Shown here: in pieces, positions 34,664 through 43,553 of the stretch
How positions within the stretch are numbered: the stretch's first letter is position 1
Layout: every line of letters starts with the position of its first letter
The notes under the pieces: model-generated
The model's input: only the letters and a program-made list of their open reading frames with translations
What the model was told of the DNA's origin: nothing
The model's database searches: none
Translations under genes and position numbers: made by a program
From: a virus
Direction: 5' to 3' (one strand)
DNA: 43,575 bases
Virus record (IMG/VR): IMGVR_UViG_3300045988_078367

Positions 34664-35432
34664 TATTTTCCTCCTTTCTCCATGGACTTTCTTCTATTGG
34701 AGAACGATGTAATTCATGTCGTTGAACAGGTGTAGATTCACCGGTTGATGAATCAACCAAATCCTCTATCCATTGTTCCAACCAAACATCATATCCATCT
34801 TCTTCCCATACCTCAACAATATTCTCACCCTCACCAAACTGACGAACATTTCTTCGTGTATCCTTGAAATCAATATTAGGAAGATCATAACCTAATTCCT
34901 TAAATGCTTCCTGGTTCTTTTCTCCAGAGTTAAACAAGTCATTGTATTCGTGTTTCGGAATTTCCTGAACCAATGCCAAACGAAAAGCATCATTCACCCA
35001 TGAGTAATACAAATAATACCCCATAACAGGGATACGGAAGGTATCAATCATTTTTAGGGGATAATCTCTAACTCCTTTTTTAGCAAGATTAACAAGGTCC
35101 TTAAATTGGGTATGTAACGCTGAAATTTTCGCTTCAAACTCCTTCTTTTCATTATTGAATTTAGCTTTTAACGACTCTAATTGCGCTTCTAATTCCGGCA
35201 TCTGTTCTTCCGCAATTTCACCGTAATTAGCACGAATAGTTGAGATTTCATAATCATCCATCACCCGATTGGCTATTACATCTTTTTCCTGAATGGCAAT
35301 AAAGTTCTCCGCCAGTTTCTTTTTTATATCATCCATACATACACAATCGGGAAATATAATCTCTGGAAACTTTACTGTTGTTGGAAGTTTGAATTGAACT
35401 TCTTCTGGAGAGTAGTCTTTTAAATCAATCAT
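34602..35432 (-). CDS. Hypothetical protein, 276 aa, coiled-coil with an acidic C-terminal tail
   Basis: ORF downstream of the nuclease. Could belong to a recombination module, but no motif was verified. Confidence 0.5.
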   Translation of the reverse strand: MIDLKDYSPEEVQFKLPTTVKFPEIIFPDCVCMDDIKKKLAENFIAIQEKDVIANRVMDDYEISTIRANYGEIAEEQMPELEAQLESLKAKFNNEKKEFEAKISALHTQFKDLVNLAKKGVRDYPLKMIDTFRIPVMGYYLYYSWVNDAFRLALVQEIPKHEYNDLFNSGEKNQEAFKELGYDLPNIDFKDTRRNVRQFGEGENIVEVWEEDGYDVWLEQWIEDLVDSSTGESTPVQRHELHRSPIEESPWRKEENNDETSTQEGEAIEVSEEPEE

Positions 35433-35451
35433 TGTTTTTTATTTTAGTTAA

Positions 35452-36597
35452 TCATACAATATCGTCAATAGCAACCGGATGAAGCATTTTCTTACTCCAT
35501 TCCGGAAGTTGCATATCAATAATACCACGGGCACCTTCTTCCGCATTAGCATCATAGCCGGGGAACCACTTCTTTTCAAAGCAGTCCTTTACGATGGAAA
35601 GAGCATAGTGATATTTATATTTGCCATTTGCAAGATCATCAGGAGACCAGAATAGAACAGCAACATCAAAAGGCTCAACTGTCTGTAACATTATCATTAT
35701 TGTTACATTAAAGTTTCGTCCTGTAATACTACTCATTACTTCTTGGTACATTCCTTCTGAAAGCTCGTATTTAAGCTTCGCACAATCATAGTAGAACTTA
35801 CCGAGATCATCGGCTCGTGTGGTCTTGAAGGAAATTACAGCATTTACACCAATATTTTCCTCTACATTAAAATAATCCGGCCTAACTCTAACATCTAACC
35901 CTGTTTCTTCATCCTTGCCATAAAAAGACACCTCTGAATAAGCCCCTTTCAATAATTGGGGGATAATACCACCACCATACCAATAATAGTTTCTCTCAAG
36001 AGCTTTTATTATCATACTCATATCTTCACTGATAAAGGAGTAACCCAGATCCAAACATTTCTGTTTTTTATAATCACGGTAATCTTTAAGATCGCTAAAG
36101 TTCCATTTTTCAGAGGGCATTTCTTCTTCGACATCTGGAACATAGTTTTTATCATTTGATAATAACTCGTTATAGAACTTAATCATAACTATTACACCGT
36201 CTTTGGAAGATTGATTGCATTTAGGTTCTACTTTGACAAGTTCAAATAAACGTGGCTCCAAGAATGCCATGTGGGCAAATGTGCCTAGTTGAAAACAGGG
36301 CTTTTCTTTTTCCTCAAATACCCTTTCATAATCATAGTAAAATGAACGAGGAGTCTTGAGGGCATTTTTGAGGTTAGAAGAAGAAATATGCTTGCTTTTC
36401 AAATACATCTCCATTGGATCTCGCTTAACCAGTCCGTTAACGCTTAATTCTTTCAAATCAATATTAACGGGTGGTTTGTGAGAATTTGAGTATATAAAAT
36501 CAAGCATTTCTTCTTTGGTAGGATAATCTTCCGGATTATAAGCAGAAGGGTTGAGTTCTTCCCCTTCTGCAAATCCATTCAAGTCAAATGCTTCCAT
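35452..36597 (-). CDS. PD-(D/E)XK-family nuclease (RecE/Cas4-like exonuclease)
   Basis: GTFAHMAFLEP, RVRPDY, ISFKTTR and KYELSEGMYQ fit the H...D...(E/S)xK...QxxxY order. The ATG at 36597 (MEAFDL) overlaps the upstream stop as TAATG; the ORF track extends to 36642. Confidence 0.55.
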   Translation of the reverse strand: MEAFDLNGFAEGEELNPSAYNPEDYPTKEEMLDFIYSNSHKPPVNIDLKELSVNGLVKRDPMEMYLKSKHISSSNLKNALKTPRSFYYDYERVFEEKEKPCFQLGTFAHMAFLEPRLFELVKVEPKCNQSSKDGVIVMIKFYNELLSNDKNYVPDVEEEMPSEKWNFSDLKDYRDYKKQKCLDLGYSFISEDMSMIIKALERNYYWYGGGIIPQLLKGAYSEVSFYGKDEETGLDVRVRPDYFNVEENIGVNAVISFKTTRADDLGKFYYDCAKLKYELSEGMYQEVMSSITGRNFNVTIMIMLQTVEPFDVAVLFWSPDDLANGKYKYHYALSIVKDCFEKKWFPGYDANAEEGARGIIDMQLPEWSKKMLHPVAIDDIV

Positions 36598-37064
36598 TAG
36601 CCGGCAACAGGTAAGTTTATAAGCAGGGGTTTGACAGACCAATTGTCTGATTGGAAATTATTGGTTTTATTCTTCCTTTTACCCATGTACGTGATTTTAA
36701 GGGGAGTTCCTTTTTTAAGAGCACCATTCTCAATATATTGCTCCAAAATACCGACTAATCTTCTGGAACCGTTAGTTATAGTTTGAACTGTTCCGTCCGC
36801 CTTTCTTTCTAAGAAGAAAGCACAATCTAAATCTATTAATTCATCTGGATTGGTAGCACTCAATACCTTTTGTGGTTTGATTTCTACAAAAAATATTTTC
36901 TTAAATTCTCCAGCCTGTTCTGGAGACCAATAATTACCGCACAAGTCTATTGGAAGTTCTTGGGCATCATCCAAAGAAGGAAGATTGTCTTTACTCAAAT
37001 CTGCTGTTTGAATCTCAAATACAGATTCTTTCTCTCTAATGGTTAATTCTTTTTCTTCTTTCAT
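36597..37064 (-). CDS. Hypothetical protein, 155 aa
   Basis: ORF preceded by a conserved leader box. Confidence 0.5.
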   Translation of the reverse strand: MKEEKELTIREKESVFEIQTADLSKDNLPSLDDAQELPIDLCGNYWSPEQAGEFKKIFFVEIKPQKVLSATNPDELIDLDCAFFLERKADGTVQTITNGSRRLVGILEQYIENGALKKGTPLKITYMGKRKNKTNNFQSDNWSVKPLLINLPVAG

Positions 37065-37095
37065 ATCTTATATTATTTAAAGTGGTTTAAATTGC

Positions 37096-37125
37096 TCCCG
37101 GAGTGCCGATCAAAGCAAACCGGGA
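37096..37125 (-). promoter_or_regulatory. Hairpin family member 3: same stem tcccgg/ccggga, 18-nt loop of different sequence
   Basis: Same stem and loop length as 34366..34395, with 9/18 loop identity. Lies in the gap upstream of the 37064 start. Confidence 0.4.
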
Positions 37126-37130
37126 TTAAG

Positions 37131-37897
<767 letters not shown>

Positions 37898-37910
<13 letters not shown>

Positions 37911-38179
37911 ACCGGTACACTTTCAATAGATTTTACAGCTTTATCCGAACACGGGATAATTTCAATCACATCCAAAATCTCTATCTCTGGAACCGTAACT
38001 GTGAATTTGCATTCAGATGGGTTAGTCGTACCATTAACTGCTAATTGAGATATACTAGCAGCACCATCCCAATACCACAATCTACGACAATTTGCGAGCT
38101 TAACCTCACTACCATTTCTTTCTACTAACTCTCCGAAAAATACACCGGAACGATCTCCTCTTACAATTACTTTTTTCAT
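37898..38179 (-). CDS. Hypothetical phage protein, 93 aa
   Basis: ORF. The VIVRGDRSGVFFGEL...RRLWYWDGAASISQLA pattern recurs in phage early genes I have seen. Function unknown. Confidence 0.55.
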
Positions 38180-38275
38180 AACTATATATTATTAAAGTGG
38201 TTAATCGAAATAAATAAAGCGCCTATCCTCACGAACCGACGCCTCCGAAAATGAATTTAAACGACAAAATTTTGT

Positions 38276-38305
38276 TCCTAGATACCGAACCAACGGACAC
38301 TAAGA
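38276..38305 (-). promoter_or_regulatory. Hairpin family member 2: covarying stem tcctag/ctaaga (G-U on the minus-strand RNA), identical 18-nt loop
   Basis: Loop identical to 34372..34389, with stem changes that are compensatory. Confidence 0.5.
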
Positions 38306-38393
38306 TAGTATAGAACATTTAAAATAAAATACAGAGGCTTGCACTCTACGACATCCTGGGGTGTCGGCATTGGGTTAATTAATAAATGAATGG

Positions 38394-38720
38394 TTATTTG
38401 CGATTTTGAAGACATTTTAGAATATTGCCTTTTTCTATCGCTTCTATTAGGTCGGATAGTTTATAATAAATATACCCTTTTGCTTTTTTGATTGGTTCTC
38501 CTTCTTCATCCACTACTTCCTCAATACCAAATTGATATGGATATATAAGTTTTCTTTTCTCTAAATTTTTAAGAACTCCGCTTCCGAAACGGTCTTCCGC
38601 ATCGGATTTGCATATAAGAATTTTTTTATTTTTGAAATTTGCATTTCTTTCATTCTTATATGCTTCAATGCCAAATTTAATACCTATTTGTATAGCTTGG
38701 CTAATAATGGGATCATCCAT
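38394..38720 (-). CDS. Hypothetical protein, 108 aa
   Basis: ORF preceded by TAGGAGGG 4 nt upstream of the ATG. Confidence 0.5.
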   Translation of the reverse strand: MDDPIISQAIQIGIKFGIEAYKNERNANFKNKKILICKSDAEDRFGSGVLKNLEKRKLIYPYQFGIEEVVDEEGEPIKKAKGYIYYKLSDLIEAIEKGNILKCLQNRK

Positions 38721-38728
38721 ATACCCTC

Positions 38729-38941
38729 CTATTCTTTTTGATGAATTTCCTTAGCGCTTCTTTCCAGTAACATTAATATAGTAAGGACTACCATTATAGT
38801 GGCTGATATAGTCTCGTTAGTAGTCATTTCTAATTGCATTGCCAAACGCATAGACATTCCTAAAGCGATGACCGCAATTACATTTTGTATTTTATGAATT
38901 GTTTTCATAGAACATATTTTATAGTTAAAATTAGGTAGCAA
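38729..38941 (-). CDS. Small membrane protein (70 aa, or 59 aa from MKTIHK)
   Basis: Two hydrophobic helices. Confidence 0.45.
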   Translation of the reverse strand: MLPNFNYKICSMKTIHKIQNVIAVIALGMSMRLAMQLEMTTNETISATIMVVLTILMLLERSAKEIHQKE

Positions 38942-38948
38942 ATAGATA

Positions 38949-39317
38949 TTATATTCTTCTTGCTCTTACAGAAGTTTCCACCGTTGTTCTCCTACTTCTT
39001 CTCATATCGCCTTGCTCATGAAAAAGAGAAAAGGAAAATATACCAATAAATACCCAAGCCGTAGATGCACGTACAACAGGAGAAAAATCAAAAGTAAATT
39101 CAATACCTGAAATTCTTTCATAGAACCTACGACATAACTGCCTCCCATTTTTGACATTAAGAACCTGAAAAGCTTTTTGTAACTGGTTATTGATAGTACT
39201 AGACGCCCGGCATTTTATTTCAGCAATTTCTTCTTTTTCTAATCCTGAAATATACATTTGGGTAGTAAGTTCGCATTCAGGAGTAAGTTCAGTTAATACT
39301 CTTTGCATGGCTATCAA
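38949..39317 (-). CDS. LuxR/GerE-type HTH protein with a C-terminal hydrophobic segment
   Basis: LTPECELTTQMYISGLEKEEIAEIKCRASSTINNQLQKAFQVLNVKNGRQL matches the LuxR C-terminal HTH. ASTAWVFIGIFSFSLF is TM-like. Confidence 0.6.
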   Translation of the reverse strand: MIAMQRVLTELTPECELTTQMYISGLEKEEIAEIKCRASSTINNQLQKAFQVLNVKNGRQLCRRFYERISGIEFTFDFSPVVRASTAWVFIGIFSFSLFHEQGDMRRSRRTTVETSVRARRI

Positions 39318-39320
39318 ATA

Positions 39321-39563
39321 TTACTTTAGTCGAATAATAGAAGTGTATCCGGGATTTACTGTTTCCGAAACCCGAAACATTAAATCTATGTTCGACTTTA
39401 ATTTGTTAGTTAATCGAGCATCACGATTTCTACGTGCAGCTTCTGATTTTATTCCTACATGTCGGGATTTGTCATAGGGGACTTTATAAATATCCCCTAC
39501 TTTCATTTTATCAAACAGTTTGCTCGTCTGATAGCTTTCGTCAACTACAATTTCTTTTTCCAT
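39321..39563 (-). CDS. Hypothetical basic protein, 80 aa
   Basis: First ORF after the tRNA-like element. Confidence 0.5.
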   Translation of the reverse strand: MEKEIVVDESYQTSKLFDKMKVGDIYKVPYDKSRHVGIKSEAARRNRDARLTNKLKSNIDLMFRVSETVNPGYTSIIRLK

Positions 39564-39588
39564 AAGATCAATTATTTGATTATTATTG

Positions 39589-39670
39589 TGGATGGTAGAG
39601 GAATCGAACCTCTCTCAATCGTGATAATTGGTTACGCAACACTAAGCTCTAACCGATAAGCTAACCATCC
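39589..39670 (-). tRNA. tRNA-like element / non-canonical or pseudo-tRNA (82 nt)
   Basis: Minus strand reads GGATGGT-TA-GCTT-ATCGGTTA-GAGC-T-[TAGTG-16 nt-CACGA]-TTGAG-AGAGG-TTCGATT-CCTCT-ACCATCC-A. The acceptor is a perfect 7 bp and the D and T arms are canonical, but the anticodon loop is 16 nt rather than 7 and the stem has an A-G mismatch. Confidence 0.45.
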
Positions 39671-39682
39671 TTATTAAAAAGT

Positions 39683-39702
39683 GCACTATCTTCACAGACC
39701 GT
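39683..39702 (+). repeat. Arm 2 of the perfect 20-nt inverted repeat (gcactatcttcacagaccgt)
   Basis: Exact reverse complement of 3267..3286. Lies 13 nt from the tRNA-like element. Confidence 0.9.
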
Positions 39703-40090
39703 ACACTATACAACACAAACACAAAATAAAACACTACAGAAAAGTGCCCTACCCGATTCTCGCTATCGGCTGCCGTTCAATCCGTCAGTAGGGCTATATT
39801 GTAATCAGCGTACGGACGCCTATTCCCGTTTTCTTACTGATAAAGACGATGTTTTTCAGACTGATTTTTTTCGATATATTACTTACTCACGTTGCTTCCT
39901 TCCGCTCATATCATCGCTGGTTGGCTATTACGCTATACTCCGCATCGGCTATACTGCTTATCTGCGCAGGCTACTTTAACGTGCCCTGAACACGGATTCA
40001 TTTTTGAGGGTTAATCCTCCCATCCCGAATTAGGAATCATCGGTTTACCGTTGTGTCCTGAAAGCGTTTCGCTCGCTTCTTTCGTAGATT

Positions 40091-40276
40091 CTAACCTAAC
40101 AGGGCTTCGTAATCACTTATTAGACCTAAGAAGTAATTTATAACCTCTTTCTTTGTCTTGTTGATGGCGGTTAATCGCTGAACAATCGTTTCATCCATTC
40201 CTTCCAAATCCACCACGTATTTCCGAAGGAAAGCTAACTCCTCGTTAATCTGTTTTGTGCTCATAATTACCTCCAA
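40091..40276 (-). CDS. Hypothetical protein, 61 aa
   Basis: Second gene of the leftward early transcript. Confidence 0.45.
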   Translation of the reverse strand: MEVIMSTKQINEELAFLRKYVVDLEGMDETIVQRLTAINKTKKEVINYFLGLISDYEALLG

Positions 40277-40536
40277 GAGCTATCATAGTTAGTATATTTA
40301 TCGGCAAAGAACGCTTTCAATACATTTCCCTTGCTTGCATTGAACACCGGCTTGAAAGACTTCTTTTCCTCTTCAACCTCTCTGTATTCTTTTTGCTGTC
40401 TCTTTGCCAGAAACCAAGCCTTTTTCAAAGCTTCACTCAAAGAGATACGACGATACGCTTTCAAAACATGAGCATGTTTCATGATTTCGCTGTTATTGAA
40501 TTTTCCGGTTTCTGTCAAAAATGTAAATGCGTTCAT
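40267..40536 (-). CDS. Hypothetical early protein, 89 aa (Cro-position gene)
   Basis: Divergent from the repressor gene across the operator region. Confidence 0.5.
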   Translation of the reverse strand: MNAFTFLTETGKFNNSEIMKHAHVLKAYRRISLSEALKKAWFLAKRQQKEYREVEEEKKSFKPVFNASKGNVLKAFFADKYTNYDSSWR

Positions 40537-40569
40537 AATCGTATCTTTTTAATTTTAATATAAATGTAC

Positions 40570-40672
40570 TATTGCGAATCATTTCAAAGTTGCGTATCTT
40601 TGTAACGTTTCGATGATGCAAAGATAGCGATATTCTTGAATTATCGCTAATTATCGCAATAAAATATCGCAG
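40570..40672. promoter_or_regulatory. Divergent promoter/operator region with clustered TATCGC / GCGATA motifs
   Basis: TATCGC at 40642, 40652 and 40665. Inverted GCGATA at 40627. Related ATTGCGA at 40574 and TTGCGTAT at 40593. Confidence 0.5.
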
Positions 40673-40694
40673 TATTAACATTATTTATCAATAT

Positions 40695-41213
40695 ATGAAT
40701 GCTTTAAATATCACATCTTTGCGTAAATCACTGGGAATGAACCAAAAAGAGTTTGGAGATAAAATAGGCATAGCACAATCCTATTTATCTGAAATAGAAA
40801 GAGGGAAGAAACCATTATTAGAGGATTTATATAACAATATAGTTAGACTATTTGGCGATGATATTGTATCGCAATATTCCAGTGATAATATCGCAATTAG
40901 AGATAATAATAAATCATTCGGTTCTATAGGAAACAATAGTAAATCTACATTAAATAATGTAGGAAATACGAAGATTTCCGTAACAATGCCCGAATCCGGT
41001 ACTCAAAAAATTATTAAGCCAACAGGGGAAGTTGAAATACACCGTCTTGATCCAAGTGATAAATCAAACTCGGAAGAGCTCGATAGGCTAAAACAGCGTA
41101 TTCAAGACTTAGAGCGGATTATTGCGGAAAAGGACGCAACTATACAATCCAAGGATGATACCATTAAGACTAAGGATGAATTAATATCTTTCTTGAGGGC
41201 TGATAGGCAATAG
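40695..41213 (+). CDS. XRE-family (cI-like) repressor with a C-terminal coiled coil
   Basis: LRKSLGMNQKEFGDKIGIAQSYLSEIERGKKPL is a canonical XRE HTH. Divergent orientation next to the integrase module. Confidence 0.8.
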   Translation: MNALNITSLRKSLGMNQKEFGDKIGIAQSYLSEIERGKKPLLEDLYNNIVRLFGDDIVSQYSSDNIAIRDNNKSFGSIGNNSKSTLNNVGNTKISVTMPESGTQKIIKPTGEVEIHRLDPSDKSNSEELDRLKQRIQDLERIIAEKDATIQSKDDTIKTKDELISFLRADRQ

Positions 41214-41374
41214 GCGGTAATGTATTAGATTAAGGTATTATATTCAAAGGCTGAAAGTCAACACTTTGCGAAGAAAAAAAGTTTAACCAAATGCCGTATT
41301 AAAATAATAAATTATTAGTATTATACTATAATAAACAACAATCAAATATATTAATCAACAAAAAATAAGAGATT

Positions 41375-41881
41375 ATGAAAAAGACACTATTATTAGTTTG
41401 CGCTATCATCGCACTTTGTTCATGTGGAAAATCAAATGAAGACAAAGCAAGAGAGGTTATCGAATCAGAATTAAAAACAACGATGAAAGATTGGAATAGT
41501 TATGAATTTGTAGAAATATCTAAAGTAGATTCTGCATTCACTTTATTTATGGATAGCCAAGAAGGCAAAGCTATAAGAGAACTACAATCTGCCCTGTCGT
41601 CAAAAAAAGCTGAATATGAGGTAAATTCAAGATATCCAGAATTATATAAAGAAAGAATCCAGGTGATGAAAGATAGTATTCCAATTATTGAACACATGGA
41701 AGATAGCTTAAAAAACGTGTATGACACAAAAGAAAAAGAATATAAAGGAGATTTTATAGGATATAGAGCCAAATTCAAATATAGAGGAAATAATAGCCTT
41801 GGCGGAAAAGATATCAGTTCTTCTATATATTTCTTTAATCCTGAAATAACACAAATTACAGATCGGATTTCATTAGACTGA
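41375..41881 (+). CDS. Lipoprotein, 168 aa (lysogeny-expressed moron candidate)
   Basis: MKKTLLLVCAIIALCSCGK is a signal peptide with a Cys lipobox. Same strand as the repressor. Confidence 0.65.
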   Translation: MKKTLLLVCAIIALCSCGKSNEDKAREVIESELKTTMKDWNSYEFVEISKVDSAFTLFMDSQEGKAIRELQSALSSKKAEYEVNSRYPELYKERIQVMKDSIPIIEHMEDSLKNVYDTKEKEYKGDFIGYRAKFKYRGNNSLGGKDISSSIYFFNPEITQITDRISLD

Positions 41882-41908
41882 TGAACCCATATATCCAAAA
41901 TTGCTCCT

Positions 41909-41970
41909 GTGAGAGAACAAACGCCCTTCACTGTTCTCTCACTCCTACCTGCAAAGGTTGGGGATGCAGG
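41909..41970. terminator. Two hairpins between convergent lipoprotein and integrase genes
   Basis: GTGAGAGAACA-12 nt-TGTTCTCTCAC (11 bp) and CCTGCA-11 nt-TGCAGG. T tracts are weak. Confidence 0.4.
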
Positions 41971-42080
41971 TTCCTTGTTACACCCATAGCAGAAACACCA
42001 ACCACCGAAAAAGAAAAAGCAAAGCTATTCTCTTCAGTCTATCGGGAAGCAAAGCAAAAGGGAGTATTAGAGTGCCCGCA

Positions 42081-43406
42081 TTACAGATCATTGTTTATAG
42101 ACGAAGTACTGGAAAGGCTTTCTCCAAATACATAGTCGGCCACTTTACTTATTACTTTGTCTATTCTTGAGAAGTCCCGTTTAATATAGGTGTCTGTTAT
42201 TGTCTTACCATCTGAATGGTTCAGGCATAGCGATATATCGTCTTTACTTATATCGCATTCATTACGGGCAATAGTAGCGAAAGAATGGCGAGCAGAATAG
42301 AATTGAATATAATCTATCCCAATCTCCTCACACAGAGACCTCATACCCCGATGTATTCCTTTCGTCAGATTACGTATATTACTATATCTCTTATAAAAAT
42401 CAAATAGACAATTTCCAGATGGATCACGATATTTTTCAATGATGGGGAGTGCCAAAGGGTGAATGCATACAGAAATAAAAGCCTTATCCTTTCTCCGATC
42501 TTTTGTTTTTTGGCGTTCATACTCTATTCTACCGTTTACCATTTGACAATCAAGCATATCAATCGCATTCATTCCTGCCAACAGGAAAGACAAAATATAA
42601 ATATCACGGGTAAAAGTAGTAGTTCTTTTTCGTTTATTTATTGGAGAGTAATTATAGATTTTCCTGATTATATCAACATCTACAGCTCTTTTCTTTGCTT
42701 CCAAGACTGGCGGGATAGTATATACTTTAAACGGGTCATTGGTTATTATAATATCTCCTTTTTCGTAATCATTAAAATATAGTAAGGCCGCATTAAATAC
42801 AGACTGGATTACCCCCATATAAGAATGCACACCGGTATCATTTAAAGCCGGTTTTCTAATTGTCCTATACTCTTGTTTTGCTGTTCTGTTTTGCCTGACA
42901 GTGATTAATCTTTCTTTTCGCAACCATCCTTCGTATTCTCTTAATAACTTAGACGTTAAGTCTTTTATTGAGAGTTTATCATTACCATTTTTATATTTAA
43001 GAAAATGACAAAGTGCATTTATTCCGGTAGTCTTAACTGTTCTAGTCCCCGCATTGGGAGTCATTTGGATATGCTGTCTAGCAAATTCTATGAAATCTAT
43101 ATCCTTACGCTTCTTCCGTCTTTCGATCATTAAAACAATATCCTTAGACGTCTCACATTCCTGGACAATCTCTTGATTATCATTTATAATATGGCGATAC
43201 TCCTTCACTATATCATCAAGTTCTTCTTTTATTTTTTCTAAAGTAATAGTACCTGAAGCCGATTTTTTCTTAAATCGAACCATATCCGTATATATGGGAG
43301 TTGATATATACGATGATGTTCTGTTATGTGATATTCGGATTTTGGGATTGTATGTACCATCCGATTTTTTATGATGCTTAAATACTACCCATGATACAGT
43401 TGCCAT
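42081..43406 (-). CDS. int: Tyrosine recombinase/integrase
   Basis: 441 aa. The C-terminal catalytic region has ...YSARHSFATIARN... (R-H) and ...LNHSDGKTITDTYIKRD (H...Y). Adjacent to the att repeat. Confidence 0.85.
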   Translation of the reverse strand: MATVSWVVFKHHKKSDGTYNPKIRISHNRTSSYISTPIYTDMVRFKKKSASGTITLEKIKEELDDIVKEYRHIINDNQEIVQECETSKDIVLMIERRKKRKDIDFIEFARQHIQMTPNAGTRTVKTTGINALCHFLKYKNGNDKLSIKDLTSKLLREYEGWLRKERLITVRQNRTAKQEYRTIRKPALNDTGVHSYMGVIQSVFNAALLYFNDYEKGDIIITNDPFKVYTIPPVLEAKKRAVDVDIIRKIYNYSPINKRKRTTTFTRDIYILSFLLAGMNAIDMLDCQMVNGRIEYERQKTKDRRKDKAFISVCIHPLALPIIEKYRDPSGNCLFDFYKRYSNIRNLTKGIHRGMRSLCEEIGIDYIQFYSARHSFATIARNECDISKDDISLCLNHSDGKTITDTYIKRDFSRIDKVISKVADYVFGESLSSTSSINNDL

Positions 43407-43418
43407 ATTTTTTTATTT

Positions 43419-43439
43419 TTCGTAAATCATTTGTAAAAC
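43419..43439 (+). promoter_or_regulatory. Candidate integrase arm-type site / int promoter-overlapping site (ttcgtaaatcatttgtaaaac)
   Basis: 20/21 match to 86..106. Lies 13 nt upstream of the integrase ATG on the int-proximal side. Confidence 0.35.
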
Positions 43440-43553
43440 AAAGATAGAAATCTTAATGATAAAAACTCCGGAACATCTACCTTTTTAACATAACAAAAAG
43501 CGTAATAACAAACTATATGAGGGATAAAACGAGTATAAAGGCTCTTTTTTAAT

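Noticed and set aside
40493-40681. 62-aa minus-strand ORF in the switch region
   Set aside because: It overlaps the start of 40267..40536 and spans the operator/promoter cluster. It is most likely non-coding.
41881-42135. 84-aa plus-strand ORF after the lipoprotein gene
   Set aside because: It runs through two hairpins that look like the convergent terminator region and overlaps the integrase 3' end. The translation is Cys/Thr/Pro-rich and unprotein-like.
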